From contig NC_043014.1 of the NCBI RefSeq assembly GCF_006345805.1, forward strand, positions 25,854,001 to 25,918,000: DNA of 64,000 nt, given 5' to 3'. This document shows, piece after piece, positions 25,139 through 38,134 of the stretch (positions are counted from its first letter, which is position 1; each line of letters starts with the position of its first letter). The notes under the pieces are model-generated. The model saw only the letters and a list, made by a program, of their open reading frames with translations. It had not been told where the DNA came from and did not search any database. The stretch is from Octopus sinensis. Its lineage: Eukaryota. The position numbers were made by a program, and so were the translations under genes.

Positions 25139-25425
25139 ATCGACCAGACTATCAGACGTTGTTACACATCGCCGGTTACGATGCGCTTTCGATCGTTTTA
25201 GGCTTCGAATGATGTCACACTATTGACTAGATGAGCAGGTCAACATTCCCCGCTGATCGAAAGGGGCGCTGAAGTAACGTGAAATGAAGTGTTTTGCTCA
25301 AGAACACAAAGCGCCGTCCGGTTGGGAAATCTAACCCACGATCTAGCAATAGTGAGTGCAACAACCTAACCACTAGGCCACGTGCTGCATGGCTACAGTC
25401 AAATGACTGAAACAAATAAAAGAAT
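24975..25425. mobile_element. Two tRNA-derived SINE fragments (24975-25110 on +, ~25130-25425 on -)
   Basis: A-box and B-box-like heads (gtgg…tagtggttag; ggtt…ttcc) and a ttgggcaagtgtcttctactatagc core shared with copies at ~35960-36350 and ~60830-61185. Confidence 0.7.
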
Positions 25426-25439
25426 ATATATATAATTAT

Positions 25440-26315
25440 ATATATTATAATTTAGGGTATCTACGAGATACCGCCATGCTGAAGATAGCAGCCAGAATCT
25501 GACTCTAAAACCACCTTAAATGTTCATATAGCACAAGGAGAGAAGACAAAAAGACAAAAAGACAAAATAAAACTAGTAAAAAATTACTGGATAATTCCAG
25601 ATCCCGGATTTCTGACTTTGCATTTAGAAATGCTTTGCCTCATCAGTGGAATATACTCAGAAAGTAACATAAATACACATATATATGTATACATACAACG
25701 TACGAATACTTTACCTTGAAGGTTTTTATTTCCATGCTGGCCACTTAATAGGATCATTATTTAATTTGAATTAACGATCTTATTCTTATTTATATAAATT
25801 TTAAATTTATTTAATCATTGCATTTACTGCAGTGATGTTTTAACCATATCGAACAGGGAGTTACGAAGCGGACAATTTAAACTGGTCGTGTTGCATACGT
25901 GCATATATATATATATATATATATATGTATATGTTCGTATATGTAAGTATTCGTATGTTGTATGTATATATATATATATATATATGTGTATTTATGTTAC
26001 TTTCTGAGTATATTCCACTGATGAGGCAAAGCATTTCTAAATGCAAAGCCAGAAATCCGGGATCTGGAATTATCCAGTAATTTTTTACTAGTTTTATTTT
26101 GTCTTTTTGTCTTCTCTCCTTGTGCTGTATGAACATTTAAGGTGGTTTTAATATCAGAGGCTGGCTGCTATTTTCAGCATGGAAGTATCTCGTAGATACC
26201 CTAAATTATAATTTTAATAATAATTATTACCTTTCAAGGTTTTTATTTCCATGCTGGCCACTTGATAGGATCGTTATCTAATTTAAATTAACGATCTTAT
26301 CCTTATTTATATAAT
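25440..26315. repeat. LTR-like inverted (25440-25690 vs 25975-26215) and direct (25712-25800 vs 26228-26315) repeat containing hammerhead-like motifs
   Basis: Direct sequence comparison. Confidence 0.8.
26013..26069 (+). ncRNA. Candidate type I hammerhead ribozyme; mirror copy at 25595-25651 on -
   Basis: ttcca-CTGATGA-ggc…gcc-a-GAAA-tccggga-TC-tggaa. Stems I-III can form and the core is complete except for an extra A before GAAA. Confidence 0.6.
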
Positions 26316-26559
26316 TATATATAGATATATATAAACGACGGGTTTACTTATATATATATATATATGTGTGTGTGTGTATGTGTGTGTATGTGTGTGCTGG
26401 GTGTGATGCTATTAGAAGCTAACAATCCACTCTGAGTACCAGAAGAAATGTTGCTAACACTGAACCGTAATAGAAATGCGAAACGTGTGTAACTGTGAAA
26501 CATGTTTTAACTTGTCAGAGATAAATTTTGATAAATCTATCATCAATTTCTTGGATGCA

Positions 26560-27480
26560 CTTTGACCACAGTCTATGGGTCGCTGTTATGTGTTTTGATA
26601 GTGGGCGGATCCAGCACATTGAGGTTGTAGGAAATGACATGTTCAATACCGTGTATGCCCTCCTGGATGTTCAAAATGGCCATACACTGTCGGTACATGG
26701 AGTGCATGACGCGGTTCACAAAAGCCATTGGTATCTGTACCCTCACTCTGAGGAAAGTTGCCTCCACTTCTATACGAGTTGTCGGCCTTGCGACTACCAG
26801 GTTCAGCCGTCCCTGGATTTCATCCTACAGGTGTTCAATTGGGTTCAAATCCGGATTGAGAGCCTGAAGCGGCATGGTTCTAATGTTGTGCTGACGCAGG
26901 AAGTCCGTGGTGACCCTGGCCGTGTGGGAGGGAGCATTGCCCTGCTGGAACACTTGGCAATGGTGACGCGAGATGGGCATGATGTGAGGTCTTAGGATCT
27001 GGTCAACGTAGCGCTGCGCTATGATGTCATTCCTTCTACTTGTAGCAACATTTTGGAACACGTGGGGCCCAATTCTCTGATTCAGGCCTATTACATCCCA
27101 AACCATGATGCTTTGGCCACCCCCCACATCTCTTTTCATGACACATACGTCTGTGTAGCGTTCACCTCTCCTACACCACAGCCTCACTCTGCCATCCGAG
27201 GTGGAAATGCAGTACCGCCTCTCGTCAGAGAAGACTATCGACCTCCATTATTCATATCACCAATGTCCGTGCTGTGTAGCCCACTGTAGTCATGCCTGAT
27301 GGTGGCGGGCAGTGAGGAAGGCCCTCGAACAGGACGAGCAGGACAAGCAGGAGGAGCAGGACGAGCAGGACGAGCAACGCAGGTTGTTGGTGGACAGTCG
27401 ACGTCATACTGTGTCGTCGCAGATGAGTCGCTGTCGAGTGCCAATTGTCTCGCGAGCTGTCACACTGGCCGGTCTGAAGT
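26560..27480 (-). mobile_element. Tc1-family transposase remnant
   Basis: IVFSDE, GGGQSIMVW, FQQGNAPSHTAR and PDLNPIEHL motifs. Frameshifts. TIRs not identified. Confidence 0.85.
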
Positions 27481-30400
27481 GATTTCGGATTTGACCGAAT
27501 AATATGATGTGGATGATCGAGCGTCGGTGGAGATAACTCTGTCACTATTCTCCTTCCAGGAAACTTAACTCTTGTGTCCAAAAATTTCATGCTAGCTTTT
27601 GAAAAACTAGACGTAAATTTTATGTTGGACTTGAAACCATAACAGTCACAGAAATACAAGAAAGCAATTAAACTATCCTGTGATTCCTCCCAGACAAAAA
27701 AGACGTCATTAATGAACCGTAGCTAAAGTATTGGTTCATAACCATGAAAGGATCTGAATGTCTTCAGTAGCTGTGTCTCGAATGTCGTCATGGGAGTACC
27801 CATTGCTGGTAAAATCTTTGTCCAAATTTCATTGTGTTACTTTGTTACACAAATCTCAATAAGCTACAGAGAAAATATGATGGAATACTGTTGTTTGACC
27901 GCTTTTCGAAGGCATCCATGCATGCTTCTAACCCTTCATCCTGGTCAATATTGGGATATAAGGAAGAAACATCCATGGTTACCAAAAAACAGTTCTCGAC
28001 ACAGCCTCGGTGCTTAAAAAAGTTGTTGATTTTAGACACAAAATCAAAGTATCCCGAATATAGGAACTAGATCTTTTTGCTACAAGGAGTAGAAAGTCAT
28101 GCAGCCATTCCGAAATCTTGGCTGTACAGCATTCATATCCGCTGCAAATTGTGGGTGCATTGAAGGAAATCTTTCGAACTTTTTGTGTATTTTAGGGAGA
28201 CCATGAAATACAGGTGTTCTTTCTGAACGTAAAATCCTGGATTCGGCCTTATTAATAAAATTGTTTTCCTTCATTTCCAGAATTATTTTGTGAAGTTCCT
28301 CTCTGTAATTGGAGTTTGGATCGACAGGTAATTCTTCCTATGAAGTTTTATCATTTAAAACTTCACAAGCCGAAATATACTCACTTTTGTCCATATTTAC
28401 GATAGCGCCTTTATCTGCCACTTTAATAATAGAATCGTTATTAGCTAGACGTCGGCGTACGTAACGTTAGGAATTTGTGAGGTTATTCCAGAACTTCTTT
28501 CCAGTTTTGAGGCTTTTTCTAATACCTGTCTGATAAGATTCAAGAAATTCCAGTAGTGCTTGTGAACGTCCATCCCGAACTTTTTCTGGATACCAATTGG
28601 GATTTTTTTCAATCCAATTATGCCAGATTTGATGATCACCATTTTAATTTTCAGTAAGCATAGGGTTTTCTGACTCCTCGTTACCAGTTTTTCCAAAAAA
28701 TATTCCTTCAGCTTGTGACGGCGGACAAACTGAAATAGCTCAAGCTAGTTTATTCTTGTCGAAATTCTTAGTGCTTGAGCAGAAACTCAGTCCAAGCTCC
28801 AAGACTGAGACATCGTCGGGCGAAAGTCTTAGTATAGATAAATTTATGACTGACTTATTCTCTAGTGTGATGGATTTTCTCGGGCAAATGGTTTTCAGAA
28901 GCTTACCATCATTAGATTCCTGACTACTTTTTGGGATTTGCTCGAAATCTTCACTTAAAACACGGAACCTATTGGGTGATAAAATTTGTTCTGAATGTTC
29001 ACGTGAGAAGTTATATTTTTAGTCGTCTTTCTAGGGGTAATCCATTTCTGGGTTGGTGATAGAAAGTGAGTGACTTCTGTGGTTTTTGTAGACATTTGAA
29101 AAACTTTCGGGAAAAAAAAAAAAATTATTGTTTTCGACGCAAAATCTTAAATGTGCTCACCTTTTTGACTGATCGTTTCCAATGACCACTTCAAATACAT
29201 ACGCCAGGGAAAAAGGCCACAATCATATGCGTCAACTCGGGGATTAGTTATATAAAGTTGTTGAACTGCAGGAATAACGGTTGTTTGTGGAGAGTACATT
29301 GTTATTTGTACTATTAGGTCCTGTGAAACTGGTAAGTTCAAAATGTCATAAATATAATCATCTCCGAAAAATTGGTCGACAAAACAAAATGATTGTTCCT
29401 GGTGCGATGAATGAATAGTATGCGATGTCGACTGTATTTTAGAAATTTCGTGTGAGAAAAAATGGTCGATGGTATTGAAATTTCAGGAATATTTTCCGCT
29501 ACAATTTTCAAACCGGCGTCAATATCACTTAATATTTGTCACAAAAGTAAAAATGACTTCTCCTCATATTGCAAAGCAAATGTTCTCAACCAAAATGTTT
29601 CCTTGCCCACTGGCTCAGGGGAATGGGAAATCAGCTTTTTCAGCTACTTTTCTTTTTTTGTCTTCAGGGCCGAAATTTCTTTTTTTTTTCAAAGTTCATC
29701 AAACAGTTATATAAATAATTCAAACGATTGTTAGAACAAACCTTTTCAAAGACACTATTTTAAAAGGATTGACGTAACTCTTCACAAGGACAATTACTGT
29801 CTGCACCAAGCAGTATTAATTTTGAACGATAGTGTTCAATAATAGCTTCCATTACGTTAAATGATTTGATCTCACCAATTAATTTAATCTTTTGAAGCAA
29901 TGAATTGATGCACTCATTGGTATATTGATGTAAGACCGTCCAGTATAACTTTTCGTGTTTGCATGTTTCCAGAAATGATAAATGGCTTTTGATTTCAGCA
30001 CGAAAACGTTTTTCACTGATACGAATGTCGATTTCTCAATTTCTGATTCGTATTTGAACGGTACGAAATCCATTGGCCCAGGACTGGGCTCAACACTGGG
30101 TTCAAGCCAGTTGTAAGAAGGAATAAAACGCAACAGCTGTAATTTACATTACGATTTTCCTTAGACACTGCTTTGATAACTTCCAGAATTTCTATATGTT
30201 CCAATTCTTATTCTGTGTACCATAAAATCAATCATCTCTATCTACTTGATTTTGATATTTTAAAAGGATTGACGTAACTCTTCACAAAGGTAAACAGTCA
30301 AGACAAAAAGCGTGATTAGATTGTAACAGATATTTTATTGGTCAAACGATATTTCGACAGTAAGCCTGCCTTTGTTGAGTTCAAAATAAGTGATAAAAAT

Positions 30401-30646
30401 TCAAAATTATAGAAATTTAAATTTGAAGTATGAACGAGAGAAACCAGCGCCCACACGTTGATGGAATGACATCAGTATTTAAGTTTCACTTTTATAACAG
30501 ACGAAAAGAAAAAAAAAAAACAGAGAAAAGGCAGAAAAATAGAGGAGAGTAAAAAAGAAAGGGAAAAAGAATATTTAATCAAACGGTTTTGTATAAATTT
30601 GATGATATTCCCCTGTCATATTATTCATTCCTCCGGGGCGTTCATA
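27481..30646 (-). mobile_element. Penelope-like element, inverted 5' part: pLTR (~30257-30640), N-terminal region, Ulp1-like domain, RT
   Basis: VINLSILRLSPDDVSVLELGLSF, TPVFHGLPKIHK, VTMDVSSLYPNI and MKFLD RT motifs. Stops and frameshifts. Confidence 0.85.
29100..29560 (-). pseudogene. Ulp1/C48-like cysteine-protease domain remnant inside the Penelope-like ORF
   Basis: Across frameshifts: NNHFVL … IYDILN … VQQ … DCGLF(A)LAYV … AHLRFCVE…FP, giving His-Asp-Gln-Cys in C48 order. Confidence 0.65.
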
Positions 30647-31841
30647 CACATCATATTATTCGGTCAAATCTGAAATCCTAATTTTTGAGGATACAACGGA
30701 TATGTACTGACATAAGGGATTACTGGAAACATGCAAATACTTTTGTACATCATCATGTCAAGTGCGGTTACAGTGAATCACGATTAAAGGAAATAGCAAA
30801 TGAAATAGCTAAGATTAGCAAAGATAGTCAAACCTTCACGCATAATTTTAGCAAATACAATACAATAGATGATAGAATTTCTATAGTGATTAACTGGCAC
30901 CGAAATTTCGCTGGCATTTCAAATGTTGCAATGAAAGCTACCGGCATGTGGCGAAAAAATATCTGCGTTTCAAACAGATTTTTCCTCAGCCGCCTACTGT
31001 AGCCTTTCGACGGAATAAATATATAAGAGATTTATTTCTGACTCCAAGAAAACGAACATTGTAGTATCTGCACGCTGTACCTTGAAAAACAGTCGCAGGA
31101 GAGGTAAGCCTTGTTCATTGTGCAACAACATGAGTCAAGTGGATACCATCAGGAATCATAACAGAAATGTTTATACAGAAGGTAGGACATGAAGAGATTC
31201 CAATTTGGTATACGCAGCAAAATGCACGAAATACAACCTGATTTATGTTGGTTGTATAATAGAACAATTAAACAAAAGATTTGATGGGCACAGATTGGAT
31301 GTCAGGCACAATAACAGTAGTTCCACAGAACTTGATTAACATTTTGCTTCAAACGGCTGCAATTTTGAAAAAGACTTGAAAGTGCATATTCTAAGAAAAT
31401 ATTCTGAATCTGTTTCACTTTCACTTCTCAAAATACACGAGGAGAAATATGTTTGCGGGTTATTAACATCACGCCCTGGAGGAATGAATAACAGGAGAAT
31501 ATCATCAAATTTATACTAAACTCTTTGATTCTTCTGTTTTCTTTTTCTTTTTTCTTTCCTCTTTCTGTCTTTTTTATCTACCTTTTTCTTTTCGCCTTTA
31601 TAAAATTGAAACTTTAAGGCTGATGATGTCATTCCATCAACGTTTGGAGGCTGGTTTCTCTCGTTCATACTTTAAATATAAATTTCAATAATTTTGAATT
31701 TTTATCACTTCTTACTTTGAACTCGACAAAGACAGGCTTACTATCGAAATATCGTTTGACCAATAAAATATCTGTTACAATCGAATCTCGCTCTTCTTCT
31801 TGACTGTTTACTTTTGTGAAGAGTTACATCAAACTTTTTAA

Positions 31842-31844
<3 letters not shown>
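30647..31844 (+). mobile_element. Penelope-like element 3' part: RT thumb, CxxC linker, GIY-YIG endonuclease, pLTR (31472-31844)
   Basis: LRIQRICTD, KPCSLC, NLVYAAKC…LIYVG…KRFDGHR, PGGMN. The pLTR is the reverse complement of 30257-30640. Confidence 0.88.
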
Positions 31845-31899
<55 letters not shown>

Positions 31900-31900
<1 letters not shown>

Positions 31901-33347
31901 CAACAGCAAAGTCTCACTGATATGCAGAATATGGATAGAAAGATCCCTAAAATCTTTACAAGGTACCGAATGCACCATCCAAGATCAGATGTAGACAAGA
32001 TTTATCTCCCACGAAAAATAGGTTGAAGAGACCTGATACAGCTCGAACAATCTTTCAAATCAGCAATAATAGGCCTTCAAACGTACCTTAATACGACAAG
32101 TGATGTTTTCTTACGAACTGCACTGAAACATGAAAATTCCAAGTAAGCTTCAGTCATGATGCTTAGTCAGAAATTAAAAAAAAGTCTCTTGGCCTGTAAG
32201 TTAGCAATAAGAATGACCAAAGACACCCAAATACTGACAGATCTACCATTGCTTCTCTTGATTTAGAAATTAACAATCAGAAAGACAGTCTAGATCCAAA
32301 TAGTGACAAACCTAATATCACTGAGGCTTGCATGAATAATATTGTAGACAACTGGAAAGGTAAACTCCTTCATGGAAAATACCCTAACCGTCTGTCCAAG
32401 CCAGATATTGATCAAAATCTAACACACCAATGGCTGCAAAGGATAGGTCTGAAAGTGGAAACAGAAGGTATTGTTATTGCAGCGCAAGATCAGAGCTTAC
32501 CGACCAGAAACTACCATGCAAACATCTTTAAATATGGATTTAACCCCTAGTGCAGAATTTGCAGAAAATTCAGAGACAATTCCGGCTGCCCAGTGCACGC
32601 TGAAAAGGAGTACCTCATAAGACATAACAGACTAGGGCAGTACATCCACTGGAATGCTTGTAAATACTATAAAATAAAATCAATGTTAAGTGGTACACGC
32701 ACCATCCAGAGGATGTAGTTAATGGCGAGGACGTCACCATCCTTTGGAACTTCCCAATACAGAAAAAATTACAAGACATTATGATCAAGGACTGCAACAG
32801 AGGAACATAATAATAAAAATGATAATAATGCGAATAGGCCAGGCATTATATTGACGGGCTTGAAACAAAAAACATGCCTCCTCATCGATATGACTATTCC
32901 AATCGACATAAATATATGTGTCAAGACCGACCAAAAACTGAGCGAGTATAAAGATCTTGAAATAGAAATTGGCAAAATGTGGAACCTCAAGACTAAAACA
33001 ATACCTGTTGTCATAGGTGCCCTAGGAATAATAGCAAAAAGGCCTGATTCCTACCTAGTTCATATACCAGGAAATCCAAAAATGGCAGAAATTCAAAAAA
33101 TAGTGCCCATATATATCCTACCTAAAATACTGTCTATATAATCTCAAATTTTAAAACAAACCGATAATTTTCTGATGTTTTTTTAAACATTCTCTAGAAC
33201 AATACTTTGTGGAAAACAAAATATATGGCACCCTAGTCATAACATCAAATTGAACTTCTAACTTGTTGTCTCTTGAGGCCTCTGCGTGAGACTTGGAGTC
33301 AGCTTGTACAAATACAAAGCAAAAGTAATAATAACAATAACAATAAC

Positions 33348-33385
<38 letters not shown>
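31900..33385 (+). mobile_element. R4/Dong-like retrotransposon 3' fragment ending in (AAT)n
   Basis: LHGKYP…QWL…AQDQSLPTRNY and CLLIDMTIP…KYKDL motifs. Same family as 3720-5705. Confidence 0.82.
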
Positions 33386-33400
<15 letters not shown>

Positions 33401-33469
33401 TACTAATAAGCGTTTTACATCCTACGTAAATGTGTTTTATATTCTACGTAAAACACTTTCAATACAATA

Positions 33470-34470
33470 ACAATAAAAGCATCACAACAGACAACAGCAC
33501 ATACCCAAGGCGCACAGAACTGCGCTCAATTTGTGCAATGAAAGCACGTAATAAAAATAAGATTACTGAAGAATAATAATAAATTAACGAGCTATAAGAA
33601 GTTCCTCATGTTATTTATAGCTTCAATATGTTGAACTGGAATATCAGTGAAATATAGAAAATTAACAGGAAAATACGTAAGCTGCTAACTTGCAATAAGA
33701 TGCATCACCCAATGCAAGACGCAGATCGTTTTTACCTTCTCACACCCCAAGGAGGTCAAGGCTTGATCCAATTTGAAATCTCTTTCAAAACTACCACAAT
33801 TGGACAGGCTAAATATCTTGAAACGTATAATCATTGGGTGTTAAACCTGGTAGAAAATCACGAGAGAACTAAGAAGCTTCATTCTATAATGGAGAACAAA
33901 AACGTGGTAGGGAGTTCATGAATAATACCCAGCTTGAATAGTATGATGGAAGCGCGGCAGCTGTTATTGCAAACAAGGTGAAATCAATGATAAAGAAAGA
34001 AGCCTATGAACAATTGGCTGATAGGTGGGAGCAAAACCTCTGCATGGCAAATGTGTGGCCCGTAGCAAAGAAGCTGATGTAGAAAAGAAGCACACTACGG
34101 AGCTCAGGGATAAAAACAGGATATGGAAGCTTAATCTTAGCTGCTCAAGATCAAAGATTATTGACTTGGAACTACCAATCCAATGGGATGAAAACTAGAA
34201 TAGATCCGATGTGCCGGTACTGCAACGATGAGATTGAAACAGTGGACCGCCTAATCTCTGGATACAAAGTTTTAGCACCCACAGAGTATAAATCAAGACA
34301 TGGGAGAGTTGGCCAATAACTACACTGGTTAATATGTTGGCATCATAAAATCAAAACTGCTGGTAAATGGTATAAGTATCAACCTGAGGCTGAAACTGAG
34401 GAAGAAAATGTAGCGATTCTTTGAGACTTCCCAGTACATACAGACCGGACCATCAAAGCTAACAAACCGA
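33470..34470 (+). mobile_element. Second, more diverged R4/Dong-like fragment
   Basis: MHHP…DADRFYL…GGQGL and AAQDQ…CRYC motifs. Confidence 0.72.
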
Positions 34471-35124
34471 AAGGAAGGTGGCGTTCGTTTTGTGTTTTTA
34501 AATGTTTATTAGTATTTTCAGAGAAGACCGATACATGCATCGCAAGAAAATTAGATACATAGATAGAAAGAAAAGTAGATACATAGATACATAGACACAT
34601 TGTTAAATCAAAGACAAATAACTACAGCAAATATTGGATATCACTTTCACTTTTCATTATCACACGAGGATAAAATTAACGCGCAAACTCCACAGACATG
34701 CATACCATTAACGTAGTTCTCAGGGAGATTCAACCTCACACAGAATGTGACAAGGCTAACCCCTTTCAATTATAGCTACAACTCATTTTGGTCAGCTGAA
34801 TGGACTGGAGCAAGATAAACCTTCAAGTGATTGGAAGAAAACGAAAAAAGATCCTAATTAGTGGCAGGAAAATCTTTTTAATCTTTAGGTTCACTATGGG
34901 TGTTAATTCTGGTCCTAACAGCAGCATTCGTGGGTCTCACAAATCTAAAGGCCCAAGCCCCCAGATAAACACCGATGCACAGGCTGTTGTAACAAACTGA
35001 GTGTAAGTCGAGGGTGATGGCATTACACGACGGAATAGCAATTATTTCCTCTTAGCTTTCACTGCTTATACTAAACACATGAAATATTTTCCTTACGATA
35101 TGGAACAGTTCCTTTTCTTTCACT

Positions 35125-35420
35125 CTTTTTAAAAACTGAAGCACTGTCGGTTACGACGACGAGGTTCCTGTTTATTTGATCAACGGAACAGTTTGCTGGT
35201 GAAATTGACGGCAATTGACTAAGTACTCCACAAACATGCATACCATTAACATAGTTCTCAGGGAGATTCAGCCTCACACAGAATGTCACAAGGCTGGGCC
35301 CTTTCAATTACAGCTACAACTCATTTCTGCCAGCTGAGTGGACTGCAGCAAAGTGAAGTAGAGTACCTTGCTCACCGGAAATCGTACTCATGATCTTACT
35401 ATCGTGGGACGAATACCCCT
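35125..35420 (-). mobile_element. tRNA-derived SINE; related copies at ~34660-34830, ~47130-47370, 56296-56577
   Basis: Shared body (gttctcagggagattcagc…acaaggctg…ctcattt…cagctgagtggactg) and a head with tggcttagtggttagg. Confidence 0.75.
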
Positions 35421-36053
35421 AACCACTGAGCCACGCACCTTCACTCTCTTAACCGCAGGGAAAATGAGTGAAAGGATAGAGACAGGGAAGGAAAGCCTCA
35501 GTAATTTGAAATGACAATTACACTGAAATACGATCGACCTTTTCTAGCTTCTTTACTTTTGAGAATAAAGAAGAGGGAAGGAGATTTAGTAATGAATAAA
35601 GGGTAAATCTTTCAGGTGTTTAGGTTTTCATTCCGAGAGTTCTAGAAGGATCGAGTGTTAGTTCTCTCTTCTTTCCCCCAACCCCGGTACTAATTCACCT
35701 TGTTTGATAATTCTTCTTGTCTTTTAGTTGGGGGGGGGGGAAGATCATGTCTTTTTTCTTCAGGCACGTTAACGTTTTCTCTACAAACTACAAACAATCC
35801 CACTTCCCATTCCCTCTTTTCTTTTCATACAAAAGCTAATGCAAATTTCGAACAGGGTACAGCTGAGAAAAGAGCCCAGAAAAACGGGTAATACCTCTAC
35901 AAAATGGGTTGGGGAGAAAATTTACCAACAGGTGGCTACACGAAATTCTACTCTATACTTTATAGAGTGTCTTCTACTATAGCCTTGGGCCGACCAAAGC
36001 CTTTTGAGTGGATTTCGTACATAGAAATTGAAAGAAGACGGTCGTATATATGC

Positions 36054-36124
<71 letters not shown>

Positions 36125-36634
36125 GTGTGTGTGTGTGCGCGTGCGTGTGCGTTTGTGTCTCTCTTTGTCCTCACCTCGCTTGACAACCGATATTGGTGTG
36201 TTTGCGTCCCCATAGTTTAGAGGTTCGGCAGAAGAGTGTTATAAAATAAGCACTAGGCTTACAGGGTATAAGTCCAGGGGTTGATTTCTTCGACTAAAGA
36301 TCGGTGCTCCAGCATGGTCACCATCAAATTACTGAAACAAGTAAATCAATAAAAGAATACCAGAAGAAGGTTCCGTTCCACTAAACCAAGAAGGTTTTTT
36401 TGAATATGAACGATATATCTTAAGGTTAAATAGAAATTCTGTTCACGTATGCGTAACTGAGATATTTTAGTTGAATTATATAGTTATAGGTTTTACACTT
36501 ATTTCTATATTCTATAAGTGTCACAATATAGGAACATTTCTCATGGCACCAGCACAAAATTTACAGATGCAAACGTTTTTTGTTCTTTCCGTGAAGATTT
36601 CACGGGTCCAACTAGTATTATAATAATAATAATG

Positions 36635-36679
<45 letters not shown>

Positions 36680-36690
36680 TAATAATAATG

Positions 36691-36724
<34 letters not shown>

Positions 36725-36747
36725 TAATAACAACATTAATAATAATA

Positions 36748-36779
<32 letters not shown>

Positions 36780-38134
36780 CCTTTCTACTAAAGTACAAGG
36801 CCTGAAATTTTGGGAGAGGGGACCTGTCGATTACATCGACCCCAGTATTTCACTGGTACTTAATTTATCGACCCCGACAGGATGAAAGGCAAAGTCGACG
36901 TCGACTGAATTTGAACTCAGAACGCTGCGACGTGTGAAATACCACTAAATATTTCGTCTAGTGTGTTAGCAATTCTCCCAGCTCGCCGCCTTAACAACAA
37001 TAATAATAATCCTTTCTACTATAGGCACAACACCTGAAATTTGGGGGAGGGGGTTTAGTCAATAACATCGACCCCAGTGTTTCACTGGTACTTAATTTAT
37101 CGACCCCGAAAGGGTGAAAGTCAACCTCGGTGGCATTTGAACTCAGAACGTAGCAGCGGGCGAGCAACAACAATAATAATAACAGCAATATGTGGTACTA
37201 AAAATAATAAGTTCAAACTTACATAAGATGAGTTCCTGAACAGAAAACAAAGTAAACGTGTTTATTATATTTCAATATTTTGTGGCAGTTATAATCAAAT
37301 TTTGTGCTACATTGCTTTAACAGATGACAATCAGAGGATAAATTCTCATTAAATAAATCTCTCTTTGCAACACGTATGCGCTTCATTTTATCGCATTGAT
37401 AAGTACCGTCATTATATATGTGTATATGCTGAGGTGTTAACATTTCCCGTGTCTGTATAATATATATACATGTGTATGTGTGTGTGTGTGTGAGTGTGTG
37501 TGTATGTGTAGAGGTAAGATCCAAAGATTAAGGTGTAGGAAGTTGGTAAGCTTCGAGCAGTCCGTAGAATGTATAAAAAACAACTTTAAGGAATAATAGT
37601 GGTTTATTGACGAAGAAAATGGTTAATTTTTTCCCATACCGAAGTTTGATAAGCTAAAAAAGTTATTTTATAGTTGATGGTTACCAACTGGAGTTGCTGT
37701 GTATCCGAATAAAAATCCAAACTAAGGGAATGGAGTAAATAAGTCTGCATATGTTTTATAGCTAGCAAAACCTCGGAAGTAATTACTTAAACGAAGGGTA
37801 ATCCGCTCGCTACTCACCTGGCCAAAGATACCTTAGTTAATTGAATGTTACATTGTCGTCATGGGATTGCATGTTAACTTGTAGCAGATTTGATCGGAAA
37901 TGTGGGGAAAGCACCGAGTGAGAAGAAATAATATATGGGAGTGGGTGAATGTCTAGATTTGAAAAGGAAAAGAACAAGTGAGGGAATAGCGGGGGCGGAT
38001 TTGATATTATTGAAGCTGGTCTGGGGAATATCTTTGTGAATTTAGGCTGGGGTAATCTACTATGTCTACTGTAGAATAAATAAATGAATGTATTGTATAT
38101 ATGTATGAATGTCATTATTCAGTATCATTTTAAG

